Positions 1-10,807 of a DNA stretch of 64,000 bases are shown here, piece by piece. The stretch is taken from positions 1,728 to 65,727 of the forward strand of contig JBDHIM010000019.1 in assembly GCA_039587445.1 (NCBI GenBank). Direction: 5' to 3'. Numbering within the stretch: the first letter of the stretch is position 1; each line of letters begins with the position of its first letter. A model generated the notes under the pieces. The model was not told where the DNA came from, ran no database searches, and saw only the letters and a program-made list of their open reading frames with translations. Origin of the DNA: Gemmatimonadota bacterium. Lineage in GTDB: Bacteria; Gemmatimonadota; Gemmatimonadetes; Palauibacterales; Palauibacteraceae. Made by a program: the position numbers and the translations under genes.

Positions 1-29
1 CCGCGCCCGCTGGTAGCCTCGCCTACCGC

Positions 30-728
30 CTAGGGGACGCCGAAGAGCGTCCTGCCCTCCTCATCGAAGATGCCCAGGTTCGCCATGTCGGCGGGGGGCA
101 CGTCGATCCCGTACCGGAGCCGGCCCTGCGAGTCGTAGATAACCATTCCGAGGCTCAGGGGTCGCGAGTAAAGCTGGGCGCCGCGCTCGCCCCCGTAGGG
201 GAGGCCGATGCTGGCGGTGCCCTGGGCGTCCAGAGCGGCCACCACCCTCGTCTCGCCCTCGGGGCTGTAGAGTCCGAGAGAGACTTCCCGGCCGGGCCAG
301 TTGATCCGCGCCCTTGTCGACCCGAAGCGGTCGCGCAGCGACAGGCCGCCCGAGGCATCCGAGGTCTCGAGATCCACGAGCATCGAGCCGTTGGCACCTC
401 TCACGAAGAAGAGACCCTCGGTAAGCTGGGACTGGAACGTATGGCCGACCCGCTGGAGGGTGAGAAGCGGGACGGCATCCTGCACGCCCAGCCAGATGCT
501 CTCGATGTCTTGAGCCGCCTGATACATGGCCAGGCGCGGCATCCCGTCGTCGTTCAGGCCGAATTCGGCACGCACGTTCCCGGCGCCGTCGCGAACCACG
601 AATCGCTCCGCCTCGATCGTTCGTGCCGGACGCGCCTGCGCCATCAGCACGCCGCCCGCCACCGCGACAAGGCCGGTGTAGACGATCAGGCGCAGCCTCC
701 AGCCTCCGCAGCCGATTCTCGAGGTCAC
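30..728 (-). CDS. hypothetical N-terminally anchored or secreted protein with repetitive beta-strand-like segments
   Basis: 232-aa ORF. Hydrophobic N-terminal segment (LRLIVYTGLVAVAGGVLMAQA), then recurring short L-x-L-x-D-x-x-G-like segments. No family recognised by eye. Confidence 0.5.
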   Translation of the reverse strand: MTSRIGCGGWRLRLIVYTGLVAVAGGVLMAQARPARTIEAERFVVRDGAGNVRAEFGLNDDGMPRLAMYQAAQDIESIWLGVQDAVPLLTLQRVGHTFQSQLTEGLFFVRGANGSMLVDLETSDASGGLSLRDRFGSTRARINWPGREVSLGLYSPEGETRVVAALDAQGTASIGLPYGGERGAQLYSRPLSLGMVIYDSQGRLRYGIDVPPADMANLGIFDEEGRTLFGVP

Positions 729-805
729 TCGCTTTCGTCATGGATATGGTCTCCGATTGGGTTGAAGTCGTCTCTCGGGGGCCGCCAGTACGCTCGGGCA
801 GGCCG

Positions 806-2869
806 CTACTCGGTCGTCGCCACCGGGCCTTCGGCCATCAGGTACTGCTCGAGAAACATGAAGGCGATGGCGCGATAGAGGTCCGCGTTCTCCTTCTTCC
901 GGAAGCCGTGCCCCTCGTTCAGAGCCTTCATGTACCAGACCGGCATCAGGTTCCGGCGCACGGCGGTGACGACTTGGTCCGATTCGGTCACCGGCACCCT
1001 CGGGTCGTTCTGGCCCTGCGCGACCAACAGCGGGACGCGGATGCTCTCGGCGCTTCGGTTCGGGCTGATCCCGTCCAGAAAGGCCCGCATTTCGGGATCG
1101 CGCTCGTCCCCGTACTCCACCCGCCGGGCGTCTCGCCGGTAGTCCTGCGTGTTCTCGAGAAAGGTGACGAAGTTGCTGATCCCGACGATCTCCACGCCGC
1201 CTCGGAGCCGGTCGCTGTAGCGGACGAGGCTGGCCAGAACCATGTAGCCGCCGTAGCTGCCTCCGTACACGGCTACGCGGGATTCGTCCAGGTCCGGCTG
1301 CTCGGCGATCCAGTCCAGGAGGGCACCGATGTCACGGACCGAGTTCTCCCTCAGGCGCCCGTTGTCGAGCTTTACGTACTCCTTCCCGTAGCCCGAGCTG
1401 CCGCGCACGTTCGGTGCGATCACCGCCGCGCCCAGCTCATTGACCCACATCTGGAAGGTGCTGCTGAAGCCCGGCCGGTACTGGCTTTCGGGGCCACCGT
1501 GGATGGAGATGATCACGGGGTGCGGGCCCGGCGTCCGAGGCCGGTAGACGAAAGCCGGGATCAGGTCGGGGCCGCCGCTGCCCGAGTCGAAGGTCGGGAA
1601 GTGAACGAGCTCGGGCTCGACGAAGGTCTGCCGGCTCAGACCTCCGATCTCGCTGAAGGTCCAGCGCGTGAGCGCCTCGGACTCGAGGGCGCCTTCGCCG
1701 AGCTCGAGCGTGTAGACGTCGGACGGGCTGTCGGCGGTGCTGATCGTCATCGCGAGCCGCCGGCCGTCCGGGCTGAACTCGATCCCGAACACGCGTCCGA
1801 GCGGCACCTCCGGGACGGGCGCGTACCGGCGCGCCGCCGGATCCATCAGGTAGAGCCGCGAGCGACCGTCCTCGTTGACCGTGAAGGCCGCCCGCCGGCC
1901 GTCCTCGCTCAGGGCGAACCCCTCGACGTTCCAATCGATGCCGGAGGTGATCGGCTCGATCTCTCCGGTCTCCAGATCCACGTAAACGAGGCGGTTGAAC
2001 TCGGAGTCCCGATCGGTGGAGAGAAAGGCGCCGCGGCCATCCGGCGCGAAGCGGGGCGAAATGCCGGAGTAGTTGCCGGGCGCTTGATCGCCGCCGGCGA
2101 CCAGCCGCACGTCGCCGCTCATCACGTCCACGACCCAGATTCGTGAGTCGGTGATGCTCACGTACTGGACGCCGAGCACCCGCTGGTTCTCCGCATCCCA
2201 GTCCGCCGGTCCCCAATACGCGCCATCCGGAGCCTCGACCAGGAGGTGGGATGAGCTGGTGTCCGCCACCTCCATGATCCACACATCGTTCGAGCGGCCG
2301 TTCCTGCGTGTGCTGCGGAACGCGAGCCACTTGCCGTCCCGGCTGAACTCGGGCGCGCCGTTGCGCGACACACCATCGGTCAGACGCCGGTACTCGGCCG
2401 TCAGCGGATCGAAGAGGAAGAACTGGTAGAACTCGGCTCCGCCCTCGTCCATGCCGAAGAGGAGCTCGCCCGTCTCGGGCCTCTTCACCGCACCCGTGAT
2501 CGGCTCGGACAAGAAGGTGAGCTGGGTTCGCGCTCCGCGCGGCATGTCCACCCGATGCAGCTGACTCGTCTCCCCGAAGCGAGTAGAGACGTACATCGCT
2601 CGTCCATCCTCCGCCCAGGCCGCGAACGAAGCGCTGCGGACGTTCTCGTAGCGTCGCAGCCGGTCGCCGAGACTGGCAGGGATTGCGGGCACGTCATCCA
2701 GGATCACGTTACCGTCGTTCACCCGGCGCACCCGAGGGACCTCCTGCGGGGCCGTCTCTTGAGCGGCGAGCGTAGAAGCGAGGGGTTCCAGCGTGGGGGC
2801 GATGACCAGTGCCAGGATGGCCGCGGCAAGCCATCCCGACCGGGGATGACCGGCTTGGTTTCGAGACAT
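806..2869 (-). CDS. S9 family serine peptidase (prolyl oligopeptidase/dipeptidyl peptidase type) with N-terminal beta-propeller
   Basis: GGSYGG nucleophile elbow (VAVYGGSYGGYMV), TolB-like propeller repeats, signal-like N-terminus. Start moved to ATG 2869 (MSRNQAG...), preceded by GGAGGA; the upstream part of the 834-aa track ORF is antisense to hutH. Confidence 0.9.
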   Translation of the reverse strand: MSRNQAGHPRSGWLAAAILALVIAPTLEPLASTLAAQETAPQEVPRVRRVNDGNVILDDVPAIPASLGDRLRRYENVRSASFAAWAEDGRAMYVSTRFGETSQLHRVDMPRGARTQLTFLSEPITGAVKRPETGELLFGMDEGGAEFYQFFLFDPLTAEYRRLTDGVSRNGAPEFSRDGKWLAFRSTRRNGRSNDVWIMEVADTSSSHLLVEAPDGAYWGPADWDAENQRVLGVQYVSITDSRIWVVDVMSGDVRLVAGGDQAPGNYSGISPRFAPDGRGAFLSTDRDSEFNRLVYVDLETGEIEPITSGIDWNVEGFALSEDGRRAAFTVNEDGRSRLYLMDPAARRYAPVPEVPLGRVFGIEFSPDGRRLAMTISTADSPSDVYTLELGEGALESEALTRWTFSEIGGLSRQTFVEPELVHFPTFDSGSGGPDLIPAFVYRPRTPGPHPVIISIHGGPESQYRPGFSSTFQMWVNELGAAVIAPNVRGSSGYGKEYVKLDNGRLRENSVRDIGALLDWIAEQPDLDESRVAVYGGSYGGYMVLASLVRYSDRLRGGVEIVGISNFVTFLENTQDYRRDARRVEYGDERDPEMRAFLDGISPNRSAESIRVPLLVAQGQNDPRVPVTESDQVVTAVRRNLMPVWYMKALNEGHGFRKKENADLYRAIAFMFLEQYLMAEGPVATTE

Positions 2870-2972
2870 TGCACTCCTCCCAGAGCGTCGATTCTGACCC
2901 GCTGCTGTCCCGAAGATACAGGGGGTGGCGCTTCCGTGCGCGGTCCATACGTTGTGGCAGCCTTGAAGGCCG

Positions 2973-4553
2973 ATGAGGCCAGCTGCGTGGGATCGAAAGC
3001 ACATCCTGACGATCGAGCACGTCAAGCGCGTTGCCCGTGCTGATGAGGGAGTGGCGCCGCTGGCGGACGACGTGAAAGCCTCGATGAGCCGAAGCCAGGA
3101 GTGGCTCCAGGGCGTGATCGATCGCGACGAGCGCACCGTGTACGGCGTAAACACGGGTTTCGGCCCGCTGGCCACCCAGCGAATCCAGCCCGACGAGGCG
3201 CGCCGGCTCTCCCGAAACCTCGTGTTGAACTGTGCGGCGGGCGTCGGTGATTCCCTGCCCCGCGAGATCGTCCGGGCCATGATGCTGATCCGGGCAAATT
3301 CGCTGTCCAAGGGGCTCTCCGGCGTGAGGCCCGTGGTCGCCGAGACGCTGGTGGAGATGCTGAACCGGGACGTGACGCCCGACGTGCCGGCGAAGGGCTC
3401 GCTGGGAGCCAGCGGCGACCTGGCCCCGCAGGCTCACGTGGCGGCCGTCCTCATCGCCGAGCCCGAGGGTGAGGAGGGCGTTGATGGCGGCTACAGCGGC
3501 TTCGCCTGGCGCGACGGAGAGCGGCTCACCGGCGCTGAGGCGATGCGCCGGGCAGGACTCGACCGGATCCGGCCCGAGCCGAAGGACGGGCTGGCTCTCA
3601 CGAACGGCATGGACTTCATGCTCGGAAGCGCCGCGCTGGCGTTGGCCGACGCCGAGAGCGTGCTGGAGCACGCGGCGATCTCTGCCTCCCTCAGCCTCGA
3701 GGCGGTCTGCGCCCTGTCGGCGGCGTTCCACCCTTCCCTTCACGACGCCGCCGGACAGCCCGGACAGATCCGCGTCGCCGCCCGTCTTCGCTCCCTGTTC
3801 GAGGCCAGCAGCCTGATCGACACCGAGCCCGACCGGGTGCAGGACGCCTACAGCCTCCGCTGCGTGCCCCAGGCCCTGGGCCCCGCGAGCGATGTCGTCG
3901 CGTTCCTGCGAAAGAGGATCACGACGGCGATCAACGCCGCCAGCGACAACCCCCTCGTCTTCGTCGATCTCGAGGGAGAGGAACCGGGGACGATCTCCGG
4001 AGGGAACTTCCACGGTCAGGGCCCGGCGCTCTGGCTCGACATGCTGGGCATCGCCCTGGCAGACGTCGGGGGAATGGCGGAGCGCCGGGTCTTCCGCCTG
4101 CTCACGCCGGAGCTGAACGGCGGCCTGCCCTCGATGCTCGTCGAGAACGGTGGATTGGACAGCGGCCTCATGGTCGCCCAGTACACGGCGGCCGCGCTCG
4201 TATCGGACAACAAGACGCTCGCCCACCCCGACAGCGTGGACTCGATCCCCTCCAGCGCGAATCAGGAAGACCATGTGAGCATGGGCGCGAACGCCGCCCG
4301 ACACACCCGCGAGATCGTGGCCAACGTGCGAACCGTGATCGCGATCGAGCTCATGACCGCCGCTCAGGCGATCGATCTCAGGAGGGACGGGCCGAAACGG
4401 CTGGGCCGGGGCACGAGCGCCGCCTACACCCTCGTCCGGGAGCACGTCTCCAAGCTCGAGCGGGACCGCGAGCTCACGCCCGACATCCAGGCCCTGGACG
4501 AGCTGATTCGATCGGGAATCCTCCTGGAGGCGGCGGACGCCGCGGTCGGCTAG
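2973..4553 (+). CDS. hutH: histidine ammonia-lyase
   Basis: YGVNTGFG motif and the MIO-forming GASGDLAP motif; length 526 aa; hutU follows. Confidence 0.95.
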   Translation: MRPAAWDRKHILTIEHVKRVARADEGVAPLADDVKASMSRSQEWLQGVIDRDERTVYGVNTGFGPLATQRIQPDEARRLSRNLVLNCAAGVGDSLPREIVRAMMLIRANSLSKGLSGVRPVVAETLVEMLNRDVTPDVPAKGSLGASGDLAPQAHVAAVLIAEPEGEEGVDGGYSGFAWRDGERLTGAEAMRRAGLDRIRPEPKDGLALTNGMDFMLGSAALALADAESVLEHAAISASLSLEAVCALSAAFHPSLHDAAGQPGQIRVAARLRSLFEASSLIDTEPDRVQDAYSLRCVPQALGPASDVVAFLRKRITTAINAASDNPLVFVDLEGEEPGTISGGNFHGQGPALWLDMLGIALADVGGMAERRVFRLLTPELNGGLPSMLVENGGLDSGLMVAQYTAAALVSDNKTLAHPDSVDSIPSSANQEDHVSMGANAARHTREIVANVRTVIAIELMTAAQAIDLRRDGPKRLGRGTSAAYTLVREHVSKLERDRELTPDIQALDELIRSGILLEAADAAVG

Positions 4554-4561
4554 ACTTCGCC

Positions 4562-6229
4562 ATGACCAAGAGCACTCTCGCCCGGACGGTCCGGGCACCC
4601 ACCGGAACCGAGATCAGCTGCAAGGGCTGGCACCAGGAAGCCGCCCTCCGGATGCTGATGAACAACCTGGACCCGGACGTCGCCGAGGATCCGGACCAGC
4701 TCATCGTCTACGGCGGCGCCGGAAAGGCGGCGCGAAACTGGGAGTGCTACGAGGCGATCGTCCGGACGCTGCGGCGACTGGAGAACGACGAGACGCTGCT
4801 CGTTCAGAGCGGGAAGCCCGTGGGCGTGTTCCGAACGCACGAGGAGGCGCCCCGCGTTCTGATCGCCAACGCGCACCTCGTCCCCAAGTGGGCCACCTGG
4901 GACGAGTTTCGGCGGCTCGACGACCTCGGCCTCACGATGTTCGGCCAGATGACCGCCGGCTCCTGGATCTACATCGGCACGCAGGGAATCCTGCAGGGCA
5001 CCTACGAGACCTTCGCGGAGTGCGCGCGCCAGCACTTCGGCGGCTCCCTGAAGGGACGGCTGCTCGTGACCGCCGGACTCGGAGGCATGGGAGGGGCGCA
5101 GCCCCTGGCCACGACGATGAACGGGGGCGCCTTCCTCGGCGTCGAGGTTCGGGAGGATCGAATCCGGCGCCGGCTCGAGACCGGTTACCTGGACCGCATG
5201 TCCACCGACCTGGATGAGGCACTCGAGCTGGCGCTGGGCGCGCGAGAGCGCGGCGAAGCGCTGTCGGTCGGGCTGCTGGGCAACATCGCGGAGGTGCTTC
5301 CCCAACTGGTCGAGCGCGGGATCGTGCCGGACGCCCTCACCGACCAGACCTCCGCCCACGACCTGAGGGTGGGCTACATCCCGCTCGGCCTCTCCCCCGA
5401 TGAGGCCGAGGTCGAGCGTGAACGGGACCCGGAGGGATACGAGGCGAGGGTGCTCGATTCCATGATAGTCCACGTGCGCGCGATGCTGGACCTGCAGGAG
5501 GCGGGTGCCGTCACGTTCGACTACGGCAACAACATCCGGGGTCAGGTGGCGGATCTCCGCGGCATGGAGGAGGCCTTCCGGATCCCGGGCTTCGTGCCCG
5601 AGTTCATCCGGCCGCTCTTCTGCCGGGGCGCCGGCCCCTTCCGCTGGGCCGCCCTGTCGGGCCGGCCAGAGGACATCTACGAGACGGACCGCGCCGTTCT
5701 CGAGACGTTTCCCGAGAAAGAGGGCCTGCGCCGCTGGATCGAGAAGGCCGGCGAACAGATCCACTTCCAGGGCCTACCGGCCCGGATCTGCTGGCTCGAG
5801 TACGGCGAGCGGGCGGAGATGGGGCTCCGCTTCAACCATCTCGTGCGCACCGGGGTGGTCAAAGCGCCTCTCGTGATCGGGCGAGATCACCTGGACGCCG
5901 GATCAGTGGCCTCGCCGAACCGCGAGACCGAGGGGATGCTGGACGGATCGGACGCGATCGCCGACTGGCCGCTTCTCAACGCGATGCTGAACACGGCGTG
6001 CGGCGCCAGCTGGGTCTCCATCCACCACGGCGGCGGCGTCGGGATCGGCTACGCGATCCATGCCGGTATGGTGTGCGTGGTGGACGGCACCGACACGGCG
6101 GATGCCCGGCTGGAGCGCGTGCTCACCGCCGACCCGGGCACCGGCGTGATGCGGCACGCGGACGCGGGCTACGATCTGGCCGTCGAGACGGCTCGCGAGC
6201 GGGGCGTGGACCTGCCGATGCTGGAGTGA
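4562..6229 (+). CDS. hutU: urocanate hydratase
   Basis: 555 aa; N-terminus [27 protein letters not shown] and overall length are typical of urocanase. Confidence 0.95.
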   Translation: MTKSTLARTVRAPTGTEISCKGWHQEAALRMLMNNLDPDVAEDPDQLIVYGGAGKAARNWECYEAIVRTLRRLENDETLLVQSGKPVGVFRTHEEAPRVLIANAHLVPKWATWDEFRRLDDLGLTMFGQMTAGSWIYIGTQGILQGTYETFAECARQHFGGSLKGRLLVTAGLGGMGGAQPLATTMNGGAFLGVEVREDRIRRRLETGYLDRMSTDLDEALELALGARERGEALSVGLLGNIAEVLPQLVERGIVPDALTDQTSAHDLRVGYIPLGLSPDEAEVERERDPEGYEARVLDSMIVHVRAMLDLQEAGAVTFDYGNNIRGQVADLRGMEEAFRIPGFVPEFIRPLFCRGAGPFRWAALSGRPEDIYETDRAVLETFPEKEGLRRWIEKAGEQIHFQGLPARICWLEYGERAEMGLRFNHLVRTGVVKAPLVIGRDHLDAGSVASPNRETEGMLDGSDAIADWPLLNAMLNTACGASWVSIHHGGGVGIGYAIHAGMVCVVDGTDTADARLERVLTADPGTGVMRHADAGYDLAVETARERGVDLPMLE

Positions 6230-6286
6230 CGGGGATTGAGTGACGGGCTCCCGGCGGCTTGGCAGGGGTTCTCGAGGCGGCGTCTC

Positions 6287-6655
6287 CTACCGGTCCTTGA
6301 GGATGACCGCGATCCGGCTGTTATCGTAGTCGAAGCCGGACCGGAACGTGCCCTGGACCTTGAGGCTCGTGCCGTCGCGCGGAGCCCCGCGCTCGGAGAG
6401 GATGACCATGATCGTACCCGTGTTGTCCGAGAGCTCGTACGCGCCACTCATGATCGGGCCGCCCCTCGTGACCACGCCGTGGACCTGAACCGTTTGGCCG
6501 TTGTAGCGGGCCGGGTTCTCCAGCAGGTCCCGGATCTTGAGGCTCGAGGCGCAGCCGGTCTGCAGCGCCGCGATCACGACCACCGCAGCCGTCAGGCCGA
6601 CCCGCAGTCGCGAAGCGATTCCTCGATCGCCGCTTCGGTGGCTGCTTCTGTTCAT
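6287..6655 (-). CDS. small lipoprotein, unknown function (possibly OB-fold-like)
   Basis: Lipobox LQTGC after a hydrophobic segment. ATG 6655 is preceded by AGGAG. Lies antisense between hutU and hutI. Confidence 0.55.
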   Translation of the reverse strand: MNRSSHRSGDRGIASRLRVGLTAAVVVIAALQTGCASSLKIRDLLENPARYNGQTVQVHGVVTRGGPIMSGAYELSDNTGTIMVILSERGAPRDGTSLKVQGTFRSGFDYDNSRIAVILKDR

Positions 6656-6693
6656 CTCGGATCTCCTGTCTTCACGCACCGGATGACTATCCG

Positions 6694-7923
6694 ATGCCTG
6701 TCCTGCGCAACATAGGCAACCTCGCCACCTGCCGCGCCGACGGCGGCCAGGCGGAGATCCACGCCATCAGCGAGGCCGCGCTCGCCTGGCAGAACGGCGA
6801 GATCCGCTGGCTCGGGCCCGAGACCAACCTCCCGTTCGAGTACGGGGCGCACGAGAGCTTGGACGCCGGAGGCCGGCTCGTCGTTCCCGGCCTCGTCGAC
6901 TGCCACACCCACCTCGCCTTCGCCGGCTGGCGCGCCGGCGAGTTCGAGCAACGGATCCTCGGCCGCTCCTACCTGGAGATCGCCGAGGCCGGCGGCGGGA
7001 TCCTCTCCACCGTCAGGGCGACCCGGGCGGCGAGCCAGGAGGATCTCTACGAGCGCTCCCGCCTCTTCTTGGACGAGATGCTGGCCCTCGGCGTCACGAC
7101 CGTCGAATGCAAGAGCGGATATGGCCTCTCGCTGGAGGAAGAGCTGAAGCAGCTCACGGTCTACCGTCGCCTCGCCGAGGCGGGACCCATTCGCATCGTG
7201 CCGACACTTCTCGCCGCGCACGTCGTCCCCCCCGAGTATCGCGAGGACCGGGCTGGCTACGTGGACCTGGTCGTGGAGGAGATCATCCCGCATGCCGCCG
7301 GGGAGGGCCTCGCGCGCTGCTGCGACGTCTTTCTGGAGCAGTCCGCCTTCACCCGGGAGGAATCCCGCAGAATCCTGGAAGCGGGGATCGACGCCGGCCT
7401 CCTCGGGAAGCTGCATGCCGACCAGCTCACCGACGGCGGCGGAGCGAACCTCGCCGCAGAGGTCGGCGCCGTCTCCGCCGATCACCTCGAGTGCATCTCG
7501 GAGGAGGGGATCCAGGCCGTCGCCGCTGCCGGCGTCGTGGCCGTCAGCCTCCCGATAGCCACGCTCTATCTGAACCAGCAGCCGATGCCCTCCCGCCGGC
7601 TGATGGACGCGGGCGCCGCCGTTGCGGTGGCCACCGACTTCAACCCGGGCTCCGCGCCCAGCTACCACCTGCCGTTCGCGATGACCCTCGCCTGCAACCT
7701 GCAGCGGATGACGCCCGCCGAGGCCCTCAAGGGTGCGACGATCTACGCCGCCCGGGCGATCGGGCTGGAGGATCGGGTCGGGTCGCTCGAGCCGGGAAAG
7801 GCTGCGGACTTCGCGGTCATCGACGCGCCCGACGTCGACCACTGGCTGTATCACCTGCAGCCGAACGCCTGCGCGGCCACCGTGACCGGCGGGCAGGTCA
7901 CATCCGGGAGCCTGCCGGCCTAG
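6694..7923 (+). CDS. hutI: imidazolonepropionase
   Basis: Amidohydrolase metal motif PGLVDCHTHL; 409 aa; hut gene context. Confidence 0.93.
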   Translation: MPVLRNIGNLATCRADGGQAEIHAISEAALAWQNGEIRWLGPETNLPFEYGAHESLDAGGRLVVPGLVDCHTHLAFAGWRAGEFEQRILGRSYLEIAEAGGGILSTVRATRAASQEDLYERSRLFLDEMLALGVTTVECKSGYGLSLEEELKQLTVYRRLAEAGPIRIVPTLLAAHVVPPEYREDRAGYVDLVVEEIIPHAAGEGLARCCDVFLEQSAFTREESRRILEAGIDAGLLGKLHADQLTDGGGANLAAEVGAVSADHLECISEEGIQAVAAAGVVAVSLPIATLYLNQQPMPSRRLMDAGAAVAVATDFNPGSAPSYHLPFAMTLACNLQRMTPAEALKGATIYAARAIGLEDRVGSLEPGKAADFAVIDAPDVDHWLYHLQPNACAATVTGGQVTSGSLPA

Positions 7924-7936
7924 CCGCGGGCCGAAC

Positions 7937-9418
7937 CTACCGCCGACCAGCGGGCTCCATCGCCGCGTGAAGCGCTTCCACCTCCGCTGGCGGCCGCGTG
8001 ACCAGCGAGACCACGACCGTAGCCACCAGCGTCAGAAGGAACGCCGGGACCAGCTCGTACATCCTCGACTTGAGAGCGGGCACCAGGTACCAGACGATGG
8101 TCGTGGCCGTGCCCGTCACGATCCCGGCGATCACACCCGCTTTCGTGGTGCGGCGCCAAAAGAGAGCCAGAATCGATGTCGGGCCCAGCGAGGCTCCCAA
8201 CCCAGCCCAGGCAAACAGCACCAGCCAGAAGACGAGCTGATCCGCCGCCAGCCCGAACCCCACGGCCAGCGCGACCAGCAGGACGACCGTCGCGCGGCTC
8301 AGGAAGACCAGCCGCTCCTGCGGAATCGTCTCTCCGCGGTGCCACACTTTTTCGTAGAGGTCCCGAACGACGGCGGAGGCGGCCACGAGCAGCTGCGAAT
8401 CGGCCGTCGACATGATGGCCGCGAAGATCGAGGCCACGACCACTCCGAACAGGACCGGCGGCAGGTGCTGCTGGGCCAGGAGCGGATAGAGGCTCTCGGT
8501 GTCGCCCTGAGGGAGCATCGCCGCATCGGGGAAGTAGACACGGCCCACGAGGCCGATGAAGAGAGCGCCCCACGCCATCACCACGTTCCAGACGGTCCCC
8601 ACCACCGCGGTGTAGCGAAGCTGGGCCGGGTCGTCGATCGACATGTAGCGGGCCAGGATGTGCGGGTTTCCGGGGGAGCCGAGACCGATGCCCAGGAATC
8701 CGATGCCGGCGCCGACCGAGAGGGCGAACGGATTCACCATCGCGGGATCGAGGGTCGCGAGCTCCTGCAGCACGACGCCCAATCCGCCGCGGTCGGCGAT
8801 CGCTACTACCGGCAGCAGCACGAGGGCGAAGATCATGAAGCAGGCCTGCATCATGTCCGTGAGGCTGACCGCCAGGAAACCGCCCAGCATCGTGTAGACG
8901 AGCACGATGCCGGCGGTCAGCAGCACGCCTGTTGTCGGTGAGAGGCCGAAACCTGCCGCGAACGCCTTGCCGCCTCCGACGAACTGGCTCGCCACGTAGC
9001 CGACCATGAAGAGGAGGATCACGACGACCAGCAAGGCACGCAGCGTTCCCCGCTCATCCTCGAAGCGGGCCGCGTAGAAGTCCGGCACGGTGATGCAATC
9101 GTAGCGGGCGCTGAAGCGGCGGAGTCGCGGCGCGTAGTAGAGGAAGAGGAAGACCTCGACGACGATGTATCCGACCACGGCCCAGGCCGCGGACGGACCC
9201 ATGGCGTAGGCCATCCCGGTGACGCCGAGCAGCAGCCAGGCACTCCGGCCCGAGACGACGGCGGAGAGCGCGACGACGAACCGGTTCATCCGGCGCCCGC
9301 CTATGAAGAACTCGGCCACGCCCGCCGAAGAGAAGCGGGTGGCGTAGATGCCGATCCCTACCACGAGGACCAGGTAGGCGACGAAAGCTCCTACGGCCCA
9401 TGGACTGGCGGCCGGCAT
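7937..9418 (-). CDS. sodium:solute symporter (SSF) family transporter
   Basis: 493 aa and about 13 TM segments; PutP/PanF-like sequence pattern along the whole length. Confidence 0.9.
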   Translation of the reverse strand: MPAASPWAVGAFVAYLVLVVGIGIYATRFSSAGVAEFFIGGRRMNRFVVALSAVVSGRSAWLLLGVTGMAYAMGPSAAWAVVGYIVVEVFLFLYYAPRLRRFSARYDCITVPDFYAARFEDERGTLRALLVVVILLFMVGYVASQFVGGGKAFAAGFGLSPTTGVLLTAGIVLVYTMLGGFLAVSLTDMMQACFMIFALVLLPVVAIADRGGLGVVLQELATLDPAMVNPFALSVGAGIGFLGIGLGSPGNPHILARYMSIDDPAQLRYTAVVGTVWNVVMAWGALFIGLVGRVYFPDAAMLPQGDTESLYPLLAQQHLPPVLFGVVVASIFAAIMSTADSQLLVAASAVVRDLYEKVWHRGETIPQERLVFLSRATVVLLVALAVGFGLAADQLVFWLVLFAWAGLGASLGPTSILALFWRRTTKAGVIAGIVTGTATTIVWYLVPALKSRMYELVPAFLLTLVATVVVSLVTRPPAEVEALHAAMEPAGRR

Positions 9419-9458
9419 CAGTGAGGAGGCCTACGCGGCTCTTGTAGGAAGGCCTCCA

Positions 9459-9545
9459 TCAGCCGCCGCCTCGGTGGGCGAGCACGACCGCCAGGAGGAT
9501 GATCGCCACCGGCAGCACGAACATGACGAGCCAGAAGGATATCAT
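9459..9545 (-). CDS. 28-aa hydrophobic peptide, candidate symporter small accessory subunit
   Basis: ATG ATA TCC ... TGA encodes MISFWLVMFVLPVAIILLAVVLAHRGGG (one TM). Starts 4 nt after the methyltransferase stop and ends 40 nt before the symporter start. Too short for the ORF track. Confidence 0.45.
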   Translation of the reverse strand: MISFWLVMFVLPVAIILLAVVLAHRGGG

Positions 9546-9548
9546 GCC

Positions 9549-10178
9549 CTACTTCCGGAAGTTCATCGTGAAGGCATACCAGGGGCCCAGCGTCTCCAGG
9601 AATTCGAAGCCGGCCGCCTCGGCCAGTCGCCGAACGCGACTCCTCGACTGGTAGTGGGGATCGGGCAGGACTTCCGTGACCGAGAGGATCCCGCCCGGCT
9701 TGAGCGCGACGCGGATCTCCCGGAGGCCCGCCGCCTGGTCCACGATCTCCCCCAACACCGTGACCAAGGTCGCCCGATCGAAGGATTCGACCGGGACCGA
9801 GCCTTCCCCTATGCCGGCCAGCACCGTCTCGACATTACGGAGCCCGGCCTCCTCCACCCGCGCCTCGGTCCGCTGGAGCATCTCCGGCTGGAGGTCCAGG
9901 GCCACGACGCGACCTGCAGGGCCGACCCGCCCGGCCGCGGGGAGCGCGATCCGGCCCGTTCCACACCCTACGTCCAGAACCGCGTGCCCTCCGGTGATCC
10001 CGGCGCGGTCGAGGACCACCTCGGCTCCGGCCAGGCGGTTCATGTAGGGATTCTCGAGCAGCACGGCGAGCCAGGCCGGACAGGCCGTCGCGTGATGCCG
10101 GGAGACGATCCGGAGGACGATCACCGCCGTTCCGATCACCGCGGCCGCGGTCGCCAAGCCCGGCAGGGCCCGAGTCAC
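9549..10178 (-). CDS. class I SAM-dependent methyltransferase with N-terminal TM segment
   Basis: Motif I VLDVGCGTG; Rossmann-like layout; 209 aa. Confidence 0.8.
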   Translation of the reverse strand: MTRALPGLATAAAVIGTAVIVLRIVSRHHATACPAWLAVLLENPYMNRLAGAEVVLDRAGITGGHAVLDVGCGTGRIALPAAGRVGPAGRVVALDLQPEMLQRTEARVEEAGLRNVETVLAGIGEGSVPVESFDRATLVTVLGEIVDQAAGLREIRVALKPGGILSVTEVLPDPHYQSRSRVRRLAEAAGFEFLETLGPWYAFTMNFRK

Positions 10179-10807
10179 GACGATCGGATCTCGCGAAGCC
10201 GCTCCGCCAGTGCCCTGGCAGCGCGTGAGCGGTGGCTCAACTCCGCCTTTACCTCGGGCGGCAGCACACCGAACGTCTTGCCATACTCCGGCACGACAAA
10301 GAGAGGGTCGTAGCCGAAGCCACCCTCGCCGCTCGGCTCGGCCGCGATCGTCCCCTCCACCATCCCCTCCACGACGAAGCTCGCCTCACCGTCCTCGTAG
10401 GCGATCGCACACCGGTAGCGCGCTCCGCGCTCCTCCTCGGAGACCCCCTCCAACCGCTGCAGGAGATAGCGGTTGTTCGCCTCATCGCGGCCGAGACTTT
10501 CTACCATGTCGTCAGGCGCAAAGCGCTTCGTTCGAACCCCGGGCCCCCCATCCAGTCGATCCACGCAGAGGCCCGAGTCGTCCGCGATCGTCGGCATGAG
10601 CGTGCTTCGCTGGAAGTAGACTGCCTTGGCCCGGGCGTTCTCCTCGAACGTGTCGTAGACCTCCAGCTGCTCCTCGATAGGGGTCTCCGACACCCCTGCC
10701 TCGTCCAGCGACACAAGATGAAAGCCGGACACATCGATGAGCCCGCGGAGCTCGCGGAGCTTGTGAGGACTTCTGGTCGCGACGAGAAGCTCTCGTTCGA
10801 GCGTCAT
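10175..10807 (-). CDS. rdgB: dITP/XTP pyrophosphatase (RdgB/HAM1 family)
   Basis: Ham1-type sequence (LLVATRSPHKLREL ... FGYDPLF). ATG 10807 overlaps the upstream stop (ATGA). Confidence 0.88.
   Translation of the reverse strand: MTLERELLVATRSPHKLRELRGLIDVSGFHLVSLDEAGVSETPIEEQLEVYDTFEENARAKAVYFQRSTLMPTIADDSGLCVDRLDGGPGVRTKRFAPDDMVESLGRDEANNRYLLQRLEGVSEEERGARYRCAIAYEDGEASFVVEGMVEGTIAAEPSGEGGFGYDPLFVVPEYGKTFGVLPPEVKAELSHRSRAARALAERLREIRSS

Noticed and set aside
623-2146. 507-aa plus-strand ORF, and similar long ORFs elsewhere (2709-4598 minus, 4550-5764 minus, 6652-7854 minus, 7967-8941 plus, 22967-24751 minus, 39085-40530 minus, 54185-56569 plus, 50225-51934 N-terminal part).
   Set aside because: They lie antisense to, or in alternate frames of, genes with unmistakable family signatures (S9 peptidase, hutH/U/I, symporter, CydA-like, mla, ahcY/metK). 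Their translations are Arg/Pro/Gly/Ala-rich low-complexity sequence, typical of stop-poor shadow frames in high-GC DNA.
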